Positions 49,330 through 62,665 of a stretch of DNA of 64,000 nt are shown here, in pieces; positions within the stretch are counted from its first letter, which is position 1, and every line of letters begins with the position of its first letter. The notes beneath the pieces are model-generated. The model was given only the letters and a program-made list of their open reading frames with translations. It had not been told where the DNA came from and ran no database searches. The DNA is from Heterodontus francisci (lineage: Eukaryota), in assembly GCF_036365525.1 (NCBI RefSeq), contig NC_090393.1, positions 55,876,335 to 55,940,334 of the forward strand, written 5' to 3'. The translations under genes were made by a program, and so were the position numbers.

Positions 49330-51700
49330 TGATTGTATGTGAGGGCTTCAGTATTCGAGAATATATTGTTCTTGGAAGTAAAACTGAAAGTAGCTCTGTG
49401 CTTTGGGGAAAACTCCTCACATGGGGTTGTTGTAAGGTCAGATAAGCTAGACTGTTGTATTGAGAACAGTGAAAAGAACTCTACAGAGGTCTTTAATAAA
49501 ACACTTGTTAAATCTTTGTTAAAGTTAAAGTTGTGATTTCAAGTGTGATTCATTTCAGCCTGAGATGTAACATTGTTGACGAGGTTATAAAGACAAACAA
49601 TACACAGTTAAATTTGGAGATATTTAGGATTGTGTCATGGAATTTGCTGGAGCTGATATGTCTGTGGTACAGGGAACTGAGCTATTTGATCTGACAGGTG
49701 ATGCCAGTTCCGTCAGTGTGAAATGGAAAGTGTGGCTAGAGGAGTTTGAAGCCGATGCTGAAAGTTGCAGTTTGATTTTGGATGGGGCTACAAAGGTACA
49801 GAAAGCACAGTGATGGGCCTTATTGCTGTTTAATGTATATGCTTTGGTGAGGGAGACTTTCAAGATGTTGCCTGACATGGGAGAAAAGGCAGATTATGAA
49901 CATGTAGTGAAAACTTTGAAGGACTATTATGCGGTGACGCCAAATGCCGCATTCCAAAGGCATGTTTTCCATCAAATGGGACACAAAGAGTGGGAAACTG
50001 TAGCCCAGGGGTGAATTTTACAAACCCCATGACGTCGGGGGTCATGGCGGGGTGGGCTGGAAAATGCCTCTGGGAGAGGGGCGCCACACACCCCGATGCC
50101 AGGAGGGCCCAGCCCGATATTGGCAGCAGCAGTGAGGCTTCATCGTGGCCCACCCACCACACGGCGACGAGACCACCAATTAAATATTTAAATAAATTAA
50201 AATAACTGAATTAATTATATTTATGCTCCCTCCATCTGTCCCAGTGCGGTGTTCGTGCCACTGGCCGGCACTCCCATGCCTTCCGATCCTCGTCCAGAGA
50301 ACTGAGGCAAAGCACTGGCGGGGATGGGGGAGGAGGTAAGTTTCTCTGTGTGGTGGGGGGGGGGGGGGTGCGGTTGGGAGCGGGGTCAAAGTAATATCAT
50401 TGGTGTAGGGGATAGTGAGAAGGGTTATAGTTTAACATTTATGAACAATGGCGAGGGGGGAGGTCTGGTGGACAAGGTAACTGTTTTGGGGGGGGGGGGC
50501 AATTAATAATTCTATGGTTATTTGGGGGGGGGAATAAATGTTATAAATTTTTCATTCAATGTCTCTTTAAATATTTAACTTGAATGGTAGTGCTGGCTGT
50601 TCTTTAAAAATGGTGTCTGCGCCTGAGCGCAGGCACCTAACGCCATTGCCGGGAGGGACAGCCCACCCTCTCCACTGCATTGGTTGGGGGGTGGGGGGGC
50701 GTGGGGCGGAGGCGGTCCGCTATGGCTATTTAAATGAGCTGCCGTGTTTAGGATTGCAGCGGCTCTGCTACATGCGGCTCGCATGGGTGGGCCGCCATTG
50801 TTTTCGCCCATCGCCATTTTGGCTGTGGGAGTATAAATTTCAGCCCCCAATTTGTGGCTCATTTGAGGCAGGCATGGGATGGATGCAATTATGTTGCAAC
50901 GAATCTGAATAATTAGGTAACGGATCAGGTGGACCAAAACTGCAAGTTGGATAACCTGAGGTGCAGTCCGCTCGAAAGAGGAGGTGACTTAACGTTGGAT
51001 GACACTTTGAAGATAGTGGCTGCATTGGAAGCAGTGGATGGAGATGTTCACTGTCTGAAACTAGGTCCCATTTCTGCCATCGGCACGACAAAATGTGAGG
51101 TTGATCAAGTGACACAATGGAATCCAGATTTGCATAAATGTAGTGGGAAGCCTGGCCAACCATGTAAAGAGAAGAGAGTTGGAGATAATACAAATGTGAG
51201 ACGAGTTGAAGAAGATGCAGTGATTGAAGACACGAATAGAAATCGTGGATGCATGTTTTCTGTCAATATAAACAACCATGAGAAAGGTCCAGTGATTGTT
51301 GGGCGTATTGAAGTAAGCATTATTGCACATTCAGATAGTGACAGAAATGTCATCAGCAGAGCACTGTGAGGGAACTGAAGACCAAGAGAATCAAGTGCAC
51401 ATCTTGAAAATGTGTCAAAATGTTTTATCCTTGCACATATAAAACCCAACTTCAAACTGTTGGATGTTTCATGGCGAGTGTGAGAGCTGGGGATCAGTGT
51501 GTGGAGGCAGAATTCATAGTGATTGGGGAGGATGGTGAACCTCTTCTGAGTAGAGAAACTGTTCAAACCTTGGGGGTGCTACACATTGGATGGGAAATGA
51601 ATTTTGTGAAATCCTACGGGGAGATTCAAGAGGAGTTTGGACCAGTGTTTCAAAGAATTCGGAAGTTGCACAACCACCAAGTGAGATTAACTATCGATAC
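49330..51700 (+). mobile_element. Degenerate Ty3/gypsy (Mag-like) LTR, gag and protease remnant
   Basis: LTR end GTAACA then PBS-like TTGTTGACGAGG; gag KWKVWLEEFE...PNAAFQRHVF; protease-region PLLSRETVQTLG. Confidence 0.75.
50008..50846. mobile_element. PIF/Harbinger-type MITE inside gypsy gag
   Basis: TIR GGGGTGAATTTTA/TAAATTTCAGCCC; TSD CCA; removal restores ETVAQFVA. Confidence 0.85.
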
Positions 51701-52062
51701 ATACAAACAAATGAACATACGAATCAGGAGCAGGAGTAGGCCATTTGGCCCCTCTAGCCTGCTCTGTCATTCAATATGATCGTGGCTAATCTGTTTATAT
51801 CTCGAATTCCACACTCCCATCTACCCCGATAGCCTTTGATTCCCTTGCCTAACAAGAATCTATCTACCTCCACCTTACAAATATTCAGTGACTGCGTCTC
51901 CACCACCTTCTGAGGCAGAGAGTTTCAAAGTCGCACAACGCTCAGCATTTCTGGAGCTGGAAACAAGCCCGGAGTTTGTCTCCCACATTCCCAATGTGAG
52001 TCTTCAATCCCCCAGAGGAAGCATTTGATAATCCATGCTTTAGAGCTATACCTCCTGCTTAA

Positions 52063-52640
52063 GGGGCTGGAATTTGTTTTTCCGCTGCTGGGAGTGGCAG
52101 CGGCACGGAACATGGTGGCTGTTCCCCATGGGACCCGTTCCGCCGCGATTATGTGGTGGGCGGTCATTTTGCATATTCACGGCGGCCGCCCCTCAATCAC
52201 ATAGTGGGGGCAGTCAGGGCAACGCCGTGAACAGCGTCACCTGATGCAGGAGCAGGTGCTGGCGCCATTTTTAAAAGGCTGCCAGCCCTGCATTTACTCT
52301 CTGCGTTTTTGCAGCATCAGGTTCCTGAGGCTCTGCTCTTTAAAACATTGCTTTATCTGCAAGCAGCCCCCCTGGGCATCATTACAACAATGGCAGATTG
52401 ACGATTGAGGGTGGCCCCACTGTTCAGTGATACCTCCCTGCTTGTTCTCTTCTAGGCTGCAAGGGAAAGGCAGGAGCTCCTTTACCCCAGCCATGGTAAA
52501 AAGAGGTCCTCCTGCCTGACCAAGCAATCCTGGTGGAGATTGCAGAGGAGGTGAGCAGCTGTGGGGTCACCTGACAAGACTGGTTGCAGTGTTGTAAGAG
52601 AGTGAATTACTTCCTTCATTCAGCCAAGGCTGTTGTCTCT
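52063..52640 (+). mobile_element. Harbinger-like end with Myb/SANT gene remnant
   Basis: GGGGCTGGAATTT terminus; RVAPLFSD...RELLYP...KQSW-like decayed frame at about 52400-52630. Confidence 0.5.
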
Positions 52641-53024
52641 GTCTCACCAGATTGGTTGTCTTGTCTGATCTAAAGTAAAATAAATAGATATTTTCCCTAT
52701 AAAGCTCTCTGTGTATTTCACAGGCTTGAACATTATGACTGGCCTTGCACATCTGTACTATCTTATCTCTTAAGACATTTCATATGCCTCAACCTTCACT
52801 CATCCCTGACACTTATCATGTGCCCACCAGACACCTTGGTGTCCTGTCACCACCTAGTTCCTTTCCCAGTTCTTTCCAACAAGATTTCTTAGTTTTACAA
52901 CTTTTGCTGGCCATAGCTGGAGTTGAGCATCTTAACCCTATAATTATTATACCTATCCTTAGCATGATATCGTACTACTATAGTATCTTGCCTACTATTA
53001 CTAACACGAAGATGAGCGACTATC

Positions 53025-53865
53025 CTTGATATCAAGGCAGCATTTGACCCAGTGGCATCAAGAGCCCTACTAAAATTGAAATCAATGAGAATCAGAGGAA
53101 ATCTCTCCAATGGCTGGTGTGATGCCTAGCATAAAAGGAATGCAGGTGTAGTTGGTGCAGGCCAATCATCTTAGCTCCAGGACATCACTGCAGGAATTCT
53201 TCAGGGCAGTGTCCTGGACCCACCTTCTTCAGTTGCTTCATCAATGACCTTCGCTCCAACATGAGGTCAGAAGCGCGGATGTTTGCTGATTGCACAGTGT
53301 TCAGTTTCATTCGTAACTCCTCAGGTAATGAAGCAGTTACGACAGCATGCAACAAGACCTGGATAACATACAGGTTTGCCCTGATAAGTAGTTGGTAACA
53401 TTCGCACCACACAAGCACTAAGCAATGACTATTTCCAATAAGAGAGGATCTAACCATCTTTCCTTGACATTCAATGGCATCACTATTGCTAAATCCCCCA
53501 CAATGAACATCCTGGAGATTACCTTTGACCAGAAACTTAACTGGACGAGTCACATAGATACTGTGTCTACAAGAGCAGGGCAGAAGCTGGGAATTCTTTG
53601 GCAATCCACCATCTACAAGGCACAAGTCAGGAGTGTGATGGAATACTCCCCACTTGCCTGGTTGAGTGCAGATCCAACAACACTCAAGAAGCTCGACATG
53701 ATCCGGGACTAAGCAGCCCACTCGATTGGCACCCCATCCACCACCTCAAACATTCTGTCCCTCTACCACTGGCACACAGTGGCTGCAGCTTGTACCATCC
53801 ACAGGATACACTGCAGCTACTCACCAAGGCACGTTCGACAGCATCTTCCAAACTTGCAACCTCTA
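53025..53865 (+). mobile_element. LINE RT fragment of the same family as 28169-31425
   Basis: LDIKAAFD; IYKAQVRSVMEYSPLAW. Confidence 0.85.
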
Positions 53866-54668
53866 GTGAATTCCTTCACTTTAAATTTTAGGGATAGTGA
53901 AATAAATGATTCAGTCATATACATGGGATTTAGGTAAAAGCTAAAATATCATAAACAAACATTTAAAAACTAATGGCCTGGATATTGCGGACCCAATAAT
54001 GGCGAACGCTGAGGCATTCGCTGCTACTGATTGTCGGAAATGAGCCGCAAGTGCTGACGTGTGCACATGCACATACACCAGCATCCTGAACATCCGGTGG
54101 TCAGAAATGCACTGCTCCAAAGCCTGCGATGATGGTCTAGCAGGCCCACTTTCAAAGTGGCAGGGATTCGTCAAGAACCTGGGCTAAATGCCGACAACCT
54201 ACCCTCAATTTTACGTGGCTTTGATGAGAGCTGATAAGTACAGGCAGAGGACTTACTCAGAAGGGTTTTAAAGCGGAAGCCGATTCCTTTAAGGCACTAC
54301 CAGTAGTAGGAATGAACTTTCAAAGGTGAGTTTAGACAATGTAAATGTTGAATTTTATTTTTAATTTAGCAGGGCTTATCAGACTTCTTAAACACATACC
54401 CGGCTTTTTGACAAGATAGATGCGATTTTTAAAAGAGCCTTAAAATCCTTAAATGCAAGAACACTTTTTATAAAAATTGATGTAAATTCTCTTTAATAAA
54501 ACTCTGTATCACGATTGAATTGACATTTCTGAATTGTAACTGATCTAAATTGTATTTAACATGGATATGGCATTGCAAGATAACTTCAACATAACTTAGA
54601 CTATCTTTTAACAGCGACTGCAACATCTTTTAAAGATTAAACCTGGGACGGGGAAACATGCCTCTTCT

Positions 54669-54770
54669 TGGAGTTCTGATGAAGGGTCACCGACCTGAAA
54701 TGTTAACTCTGCTCCTCTCTCCACAGATGCTGCCAGACTTGCTGAGGATTTCCAGCATTTCTTGTTTTTA
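54669..54770 (+). mobile_element. 102-bp Penelope 3'-end insertion with complete minimal hammerhead (54671-54709)
   Basis: TSD ATGCCTCTTCT at 54658-54668 and 54771-54781; GAGTT-CTGATGA-AGGGTCACCGACCT-GAAA-TG-TT-AACTC. Confidence 0.8.
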
Positions 54771-54879
54771 ATGCCTCTTCTATTGTTCGGTCTTGATGGC
54801 ATATGAGGGCATGACACAAGAAAGATGTGACCTGATTGGCTGGGGAATCTGCACTGAATTTGAAAATAAAACATTGATA

Positions 54880-57800
54880 AATTAATTATCCCTAATTAAC
54901 TAATTAATTATTAAGTAGAGGAGTAACTAAACTGGAGGGAGGAGATTACTGTATTTAGCATTTAATATTTGTAGTAGAAATCTAGCTAGGGGCCATATAG
55001 TTAATTGTAACTAATTTAGTAAGGATTTAGTAAGTATTTATTTTTAAATAATTTATTAATTAGTGCTAGAAATGTCAGAAGGGTAAAGTGCTTCACCTGT
55101 GAGATGTGGGAGGTCTGTGACGCTTCCAGTTCCGGACAACTACTTTTGCAGAAAGGGTACCCAATTGCAACTCCTCACAGACCACATGGATCGGTTGGAG
55201 CAGCAATTGGATGCACTTAGGAGCATGCAGGTGGCGGAAAGCATCATAAGACAGGAGTTTTAGAGACGTGGTTCCACCCACGGTGCAGGCAGATAGATGG
55301 GCGACCGCTAGAAGGGGCAGGCAGTCAGTGCAGGAATCCCCTGTGGATATGCCCCTCTCTAACAAGTATACCGTTTTGGATACTGTTGGGGGGGGGGGGG
55401 GTGGCCTATCAGGGGAAAACAACACTAGCAGCCAGAGCAGTGGCACCACAGCTGGCTCTGTTGTTCAGCAGGGAGGGACAAAGCGCAGAACAGCAATAGT
55501 TATAGGGGACTCTATAGTCAGGGGTACAGATAGGCACTTCTGTGGATGTGAAAGAGACTCCAGGATGGTATGTTGCCTCCCTGGTGCCAGGGTCAAGGAT
55601 GTCTCTGAACGGGCAGAGGACATTCTGAAGGGGGAGGGTGAACAGCCAGAGGTTGTGGTACACATTGGTACTAACAACATAGGCAGGAAGAGTGACGAGG
55701 TCCTGCAGGGGGAGTTCAGGGAGTTAGGTAGTAAGTTAAAAAACAAGACCTCTAGGGTTGTAATCTCGAGATTACTCCCTGTGCCACGTGCCAGTGAGGC
55801 TAGAAATAGGAAGATAGTGCAGCTAAACACGTGGCTAAACAGCTGGTGTACGAGGGAGGGTTTCAGATATCTGGATCATTGGGATTTCTTCCGGGACGGG
55901 TGGGACCTGTACAAGAAGGACGAGTTGCATCTAAACTGGAGGGGCACAAATATCCTGGCTGTGAGGTTCGCTAGCATCACTCAGGAGGGTTTAAACTAGT
56001 GTGGCAGGGGGGTGGGAACCAGAGCAGTAGGTCAGCAGGTGAAATAACTAGGGGGAACTAGTGAATAAGGCCAGTAAGACTGAGAGGAAGAGCAGCCAGG
56101 GAGATGTTGCGGAGCACAGCGGGACTGGTGGTCTGAGGTGCATTTGTTTCAATGCGAGAAGTAGAACACGAAAGGCAGATGAACTTAGAGCTTGGATTAG
56201 TACTTGGAACTATGATGTTGTTGCTATTACTGAGACTTGGTTGAGGGAAGGACAAGATTGGCAGCTAAACGTTCCAGGATTTGGATGCTTCAGGCGGGAT
56301 GGGGGGGGGGGGATGTAAAAGGGGTGGGGGAGTTGCATTACTGGTTAAGGAGAATGTCACAGCTGTACTGCGGGAGGACACCTCGGAGGGATCATGCAGT
56401 GAGGCAATATGGGTAGAGCTCAGGAATAGGAAGGGTGCAGTTACAATGTTGGGGGTTTACTACAGGCCTCCCAACAGCCAGCAGGAGATAGAGAAGCAGA
56501 TATGTGGACAGATTTTGGAAAGATGTAAAAGCAACAGGGTTGTTGTGGTGGGTGATTTTAACTTCCCCTATATTGACTGGGACTCACTTAGTGCTAGGGG
56601 CTTGGATGGGGTAGAATTTGTAAGGAGCATCCAGGAGGGCTTCTTGAAACAATATATAGATAGTCCAACTAGGGAAGGGGCCGTACTGCACCTGGAATTG
56701 GGGAATGAGCCCGGCCAGGTGGTCGAAGTTTCAGCAGGGAAGCATTTCGGGAACAGTGATCATAATTCCATAAGTTTTAAGGTACGTGTGGATAAGGATA
56801 AGAGTAGTCCTCGGGTGAAGGTGCTAAATTGTGGGAAGGCTAATTATAACAATATCAGGCAGTAACTGAAGAATTTAGATTGGGGGCGGCTGTTTGAGGG
56901 TAAATCAACATCTGACATATGACATGTTCCTGTGAGGATGAAGGATAAGTTTGGCAAGTTTCGGGAACCTTGGATAACGAGGGATATTGTAAGCCTAGTC
57001 AAAAAGAAAAATAAAGCATACATAAGGGCGAGAAGGCTGGGATCAGACAAAGCCCTTGTGGAATATAAAGACAGTAGGAAGGAACTTAAGCAAGGAGTCA
57101 GGAGGGCTAAAATGGGTCATGAAATGTTATTGACAAACAGGATTAAGGAGAATCCCAAGAATTTTTATATGTATATAAAGAGCAAGAGGGTGGCCAGGAA
57201 AAGGGTTGGCCCACTCAAGGACAGAGAAGGGAATCTACGCATGGAGCCAGAGGAAATGGGCGAGGTACTAAATGAGTACTTTGCATCAGTATTCACCAAA
57301 GAGAAGGACTTGGTGGATAATGAGTCTAGGGAAGGGAATGTACATAGTCTGGGTCATGTCGATATCAAAAAGGAGGAGGTGTTGGGCGTCTTGAAAAACA
57401 TTAAGGTAGATAAGTCCCCAGGGCCTGATGGGATCTACCCCAGAATACTGAGGGAGGCAAGGGAGGAAATTGCTGGGGCCTTGACAGAAATCTTTGTATC
57501 CTCATTGGCTACAGGTGAGGTCCCAGAGGACTGGAGAATAGCCAATGTTGTTCCTTTGTTTAAGAAAGGTAGCAAGGATAATCCAGGAAATTACAGGCTG
57601 GTGAGCCTTACATCAGTGGTAGGGAAATTATTGGAGAGGATTCTTCGGGACAGGATTTACTTCCATTTGGAAAGAAATTGACTATTCGCGAGAGGCAGCA
57701 TGGTTTTGTGAAGGGGAGGTCGTGTCTCACTGACTTGAACTTTTTGAGGAAGTGACAAAGATGATTGATAAAGGAAGGGCAGTGGATGTTGTCTACATGG

Positions 57801-58466
57801 ACTTCAGTACAGCCTTTGACAAGGTCCCTCATGGCAGACTGTACAAAAGGTGAAGTCACACGGGATCACAGGTGAGCTGGCAAGATGGATACAGAACTAG
57901 CTCGGTCATAGAAGACAGAGGGTAGCAGTGGAAGGGTGCTTTTCTGAACGGAGGGCTGTGAATAATGGTGTTCCACAGGGATCAGTGCTGGGACCTTTGC
58001 TGTTTGTAGTATATATAAATGATTTGGACGAAAATGTAGCTGATCTGATTAGTGAGTTTGCAGACAACACAAAGGTTGGTGGAGTTGCGGATAGTGATGA
58101 GGATCGTCAGAGTGGCATGGACAGAGTGGATAATCAGAAGCTTTTTCCCAGGGTGGAAGAGTCAGTTACTAGGGGGCATAGATTTAAGAAGTGAGGGAAA
58201 AAGTTTAGAGGGGATGTGCGAGGCAAGTTTTTTACACAGAGGGTGGTGAGTACCTGGAACCTGCTGCCGGGGGAGGTGTTGGAAGCAGGTACGATAGGGA
58301 CGTTTAAGAGGCATCTTGACAAATACATGAATAGGATGGGAATAGAGGGATACGGACCCCGGAAGAGCAGAAGGTTTTAGTTCAGACAGGCATCATGATC
58401 AGCACAGGCTTGGAGGGCCGAATGGCCTGTTCCTGTGCTGTACTGTTCTTTGTTCTTTGTTCTTTG
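54880..58466 (+). mobile_element. Near full-length CR1 LINE: ORF1 (Zn finger plus SGNH esterase), ORF2 (APE plus RT); disrupted, RT C-terminus deleted
   Basis: IVIGDSIVRG, PGARVKD, HIGTNN, DELHLN; VAITETWL, YYRPP, VGDFN, SDH; GTTCTTT tail; 5' boundary approximate. Confidence 0.93.
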
Positions 58467-58469
58467 ACA

Positions 58470-59560
58470 CAGAGAGCAACAAAGAAGAGTTAGGCACCAT
58501 TCCTGCAGGCTTATCAGAACCCACCCCAGAGAGCGTATTGGGTGAGCATGTCTTTTAAGATGATGCCAGAGGAGTTGTGTATGAGGCAACAATGCTTCAG
58601 TAAGGAGGCAATCAGTTGCCACTGTGATATTTTATAGGAGGACCTGAAGCCAAATTCCAGATGCTGCACTGCCTTGTCAATGGCAATGAAGGTAATCACT
58701 GCACCAAATTGTTACGTGTGCAGATGATTTCAATCAGGTACTGATGACATGTGTAACATCTCCCTGAGCATTGTGAGAGCCTGCATTCACCAAGTAACCA
58801 ATGTTATTTTCCATAGTTCTTCTGGTTTAATTGACTTTGACATGTCTCCAGCACAGGTGTGGGAAAGGTCTGTTGCATTTCACAAGACCGCTGGCTTTCC
58901 CAAAGTGCTCAGGGCCATCAATGGGATGCATATTACATTGAAGGCACTGAACAATGAGCCTGTTTCATAAATTAGTAGGAAGGGGTTCCACTTATTGAAT
59001 GGCATGATCGTTTGTAATTCCCAACTGGGGATCCTGCATGTGAATGCAGATCACTGGGGAAGTTCTTATGGTGTCTTCATCCTCAGAAAGTCAAGGAAGT
59101 CCATGAGTACATTACCTCGAACATTAGAATGGTTATTAGGCAGCAAGGGTTACCTGCTAAAACGTAGCTGTTGACACTTAACCCCAGAACTAATAGTGCA
59201 GCACAGGAAAGATACAACCTTGTACATGTGTGAATGCGCCAAGTGGTGGAGGGAATAATCAGGGTGCTGAAATCACGTTTCTGTTACCTGGACAGGTTAG
59301 GGCCACTTTGCATTAATCTCCTGTTAACATGTCGAAGATTGTGATTGTCTGTTGCACAGTGCATAACTTTGCCCTGCAGGAAAGACTGACCCTTTACCCC
59401 GCAGATGAGATTGCACCAGAAATGATGAAATGTAGTACCCCAACATGGATATTGATGCAGCCATGCCTCAAGGAATGCATGAGGAAGCCCCAGTTGCAGC
59501 CACCAGAGCAGCGAGAGAGCAGCTGGTGTCTGATGCATTTGGACATTGAGAATTGAGGAT
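58470..59560 (+). mobile_element. Second PIF/Harbinger transposase remnant
   Basis: AGFPKVLRAINGMHI, SRKGFH, WLLGSKGY, LKSRFCYLD, IVCCTVHNFA. Confidence 0.8.
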
Positions 59561-59599
59561 GGCAAAATCCCTTTCCCTCAACCAATACCGCCACCGCCC

Positions 59600-59734
59600 C
59601 TGAAGAAAGGTCACTGACCTGAAACGTTAACTCTGCTTCTTTCTCCACAGATGCTGCCAGACCTGCTGAATATTTCCAGCATTTCTTGTTTTTGTTTCAG
59701 ATTTCCAGCATCCGCAGTATTTTGCTTTTATTTT
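59600..59734 (+). mobile_element. Short Penelope 3'-end insertion starting at the hammerhead core
   Basis: CTGAAGA-A-AGGTCACTGACCT-GAAACGTTAACTC... Confidence 0.8.
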
Positions 59735-59929
59735 AGCATAACTGGGGAAGTTCTGGTCGGTTCAATAATTTCCAAATGATTACACTCTGTAGGGAACTCA
59801 ACAGCGCACCCTCTGGAAAAGCGTAGAATCACTGACAGCAACTTCTGGATTGCCGCATTCGCATGCGTGGTCTCCAAGAATTGCTGTCAGTTTCAAAGGA
59901 GTAATTACATCAAACGTTGACAGTTTCAC

Positions 59930-61160
59930 CACCATTAGTTCCTGCAGAATCCTAAAAACAGCAACCCTATGGCCTCTCAGCCTTCTCATTTCCAGCGAGA
60001 CAATGCACAATTTACATAATTGCTGGTCACCATCCAATCTCTTCATCCCCTCAATCATTCTGGTGACTATCTTATGTCTCCTTTCAATAGCTGTAATATA
60101 TTTTTGTACTCTGGCAAGCAGAACTGTACAAAGCATTCTAAAGTGTAATTTAACCAATGATTTATAAAGTGGCAGGATTATCACGCTATTTCTGCTCAAC
60201 ATGGATCTTTTAATATCTCCCAAAGTCTAATTTTCTTTATTCACTGCCGCCAAGAATTATTGAGAAAGCTTCAATTCATTGTCGATCAGAACCTCAGCTC
60301 TCTTTCATTTTCTATGTGCATTATTTTCTTGCTATTTAAATAATAGACCTTTCCTGAATTCTTTTGCTCACTTTGCATTTCTCTACATTGAAATTAATTT
60401 AGTACATGTCAACCCAATTCTAAGGTATATTCAAATCCTACCCCAGGTTATTCTGTTCACTTTTCTAGTCTACCACTTTTATTTGTTTGCTATCAGTTGC
60501 AAAGTTAACCATTGTGCCTTTGACTCCTAGCTCCAGATCAGACATAAAAAAGATTAAACAAAATACGTCCCCAACAGAGCACTATTGGACATCCCTGGTA
60601 ACATTCTCCCATGATTCAGACAGCACCTGGGGCACAAGCCTCTCAGTTCTATCGATCTACCAATTACATATCAATTGTAAAATATTTCCAATGAGTATTG
60701 CATTCTTTTATTTTCAGTACCAACCTTGTCAGAGGACTTATATTAAAAACGCCTTGCTGAAATCCAAGTGCACGACATTCAAGCTATTAAGTTCCTTTGG
60801 CAAAGAAAACCAATAAGCTAGATTGGAACGCCCTCGCCTTCATAAACCCATATTGGCTATCTTTTATTGTCCTATTTCTTTACGGATTCTCCATGATGTT
60901 ATCTTTAATAAAGCTTTGCATAATTTTCCCCACAATGGACACAAACTCATGATCTGTGGGTCCATGGATCACTTTTGCTACTTTTTAAAAAAACATCTGC
61001 TTCCTTCCCATCCCCAGGCACCTCTCCAGTATTCAACGATTTCTGGAAGATTTGTGTTAGTGTTCCTGAAATTTCCTTCCCTATTTCCTTAAGATGTTTT
61101 GGATGTAGCTTATCTGGCCCCAGAGATGCATCCCTATTATGTTTGCATAGCTGTTCGGTC
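59930..61160 (-). mobile_element. Old CR1 LINE remnant
   Basis: LPLYKSLVKLH, SLGPDKLHPKHLKE motifs. Confidence 0.7.
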
Positions 61161-61429
61161 ACCATTTATTCTCATATGATAGGCTTTTCCTTTAACAAAA
61201 AAGGAATATAAAATGGGCTGCAATATCTGGGCTCAGCTGAAGATAAGTCATATATGTTGTGCATTCCCATGCAGTGGAATAAATCTGGGTAGAACTCATT
61301 ATACTGCTTGGAGTGGAGTCTATTCCCTAACACTGCACTGGCAATTTTGAAGTGATGGTTTCTGTGATTTAGTTGAAATAAACGCATTCCTTTATTTACT
61401 TGCTTTTGACTAGTATAAGGAGCGCAATG

Positions 61430-62190
61430 ATTTATTTGCAGTAAGATTTAGACCGTCCATTTAGCTGCCACTACTGCTCCCAACCTTCTACCTGTCCTAG
61501 GTCTAAATATATTTTTTCTATTTTCTCCCCCGTTTCCCATCATTCCTTAACAAGATCCTCTCATCCATGAGACCCACGTCCTACTTCCTTGGCACAGTCA
61601 CTAAACTGCTGGCCACCCCACTTTCCTTCTTGGCCCCGTACTAGCTAATATTATAAGTGGTTGACTCTCATCAAGCAGTACCTCCCTCCTCCCTGTCAAA
61701 ACTGCTATGATCACTCCTGTCCTTAAAAAAATGCCCTTAACCCTCTGCCCTTGCAAACAACCATCCCATCTCCAAATTCCTTGAACATTTTGCCACATCC
61801 CACATCCATTCCCATCTTAAGTGCAATTCCAGGTTTGAATCTTTACAATCAGGTTTCCTGCCACAACAATATAACAGCCCTAATCAAAAATAACAAATCA
61901 CATCCTCTGTGACTGTGGCCGTGTTTCAGAATTCCCCCTTGTCCTTCTCGACTACTCTACAGTATTTGACGTGGTTGACCACTCCAGTCTCCTCCAATGG
62001 CTCTCCTCTGTTGTTTACCTAGATGAGGTTGTGTTCCCTGGTTTCCAGTGTTACTTGTGTAATCAGAACCAGAACGCCTCCAGCAATGGATTCTCATCAC
62101 CATGTGTTATCTGTGGGGTCCCCCAAGTACCTGACTTTGGGCCGTTCTTCTTTCATATTTTCATGCTGCCCTTTGGGGCTATTATTTAGC
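61430..62190 (+). mobile_element. Old L2 LINE remnant
   Basis: QSGF, LCDC, FDVVDH, CGVPQ motifs. Confidence 0.7.
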
Positions 62191-62329
62191 ATCATAGAGT
62201 GGTACAGAACAGAAGGAGGGAGGTCATTCCGCCTATCGAGTCTACACTTCTTTCAAAGAACAATCCAGTTAATGCCACGATCCCCATCTTTTTCCATATC
62301 CCTGCATTTTTCTCCTTTTATTTATATAA

Positions 62330-62665
62330 CGCTTTCATGATGTCAGGTTGTCCTAAAGCACTTCATAGTCAATGAATTACTGTTTGAAGTGTCGTTACTT
62401 TTGTAATGTAGGGATCATGGCAGCAAATTTATACACAGCAAGCTGCCACACACAGAAATGTTATAATGACAAGATCATTATTTCTAGTGATGTTCATTGA
62501 GGGTTAAAGATTGGTCCACGACACCAGGGATAACCCCTGTTTTTCTTCAAATTATTTTTACATCCACTTAAGGGAACAGTTGAGGCCTGAGTTTGATGTA
62601 TCATCGAAAAGATGTCACCTCCTACAGTGCAGCACTCCCTCAGTATTGCACTACAGTGTCAGCCA
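62330..62665 (-). mobile_element. Deu-like SINE fragment
   Basis: Similar to 32810-33252 (GCAGCACTCCCTCAGTATTGCACT core). Confidence 0.65.
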
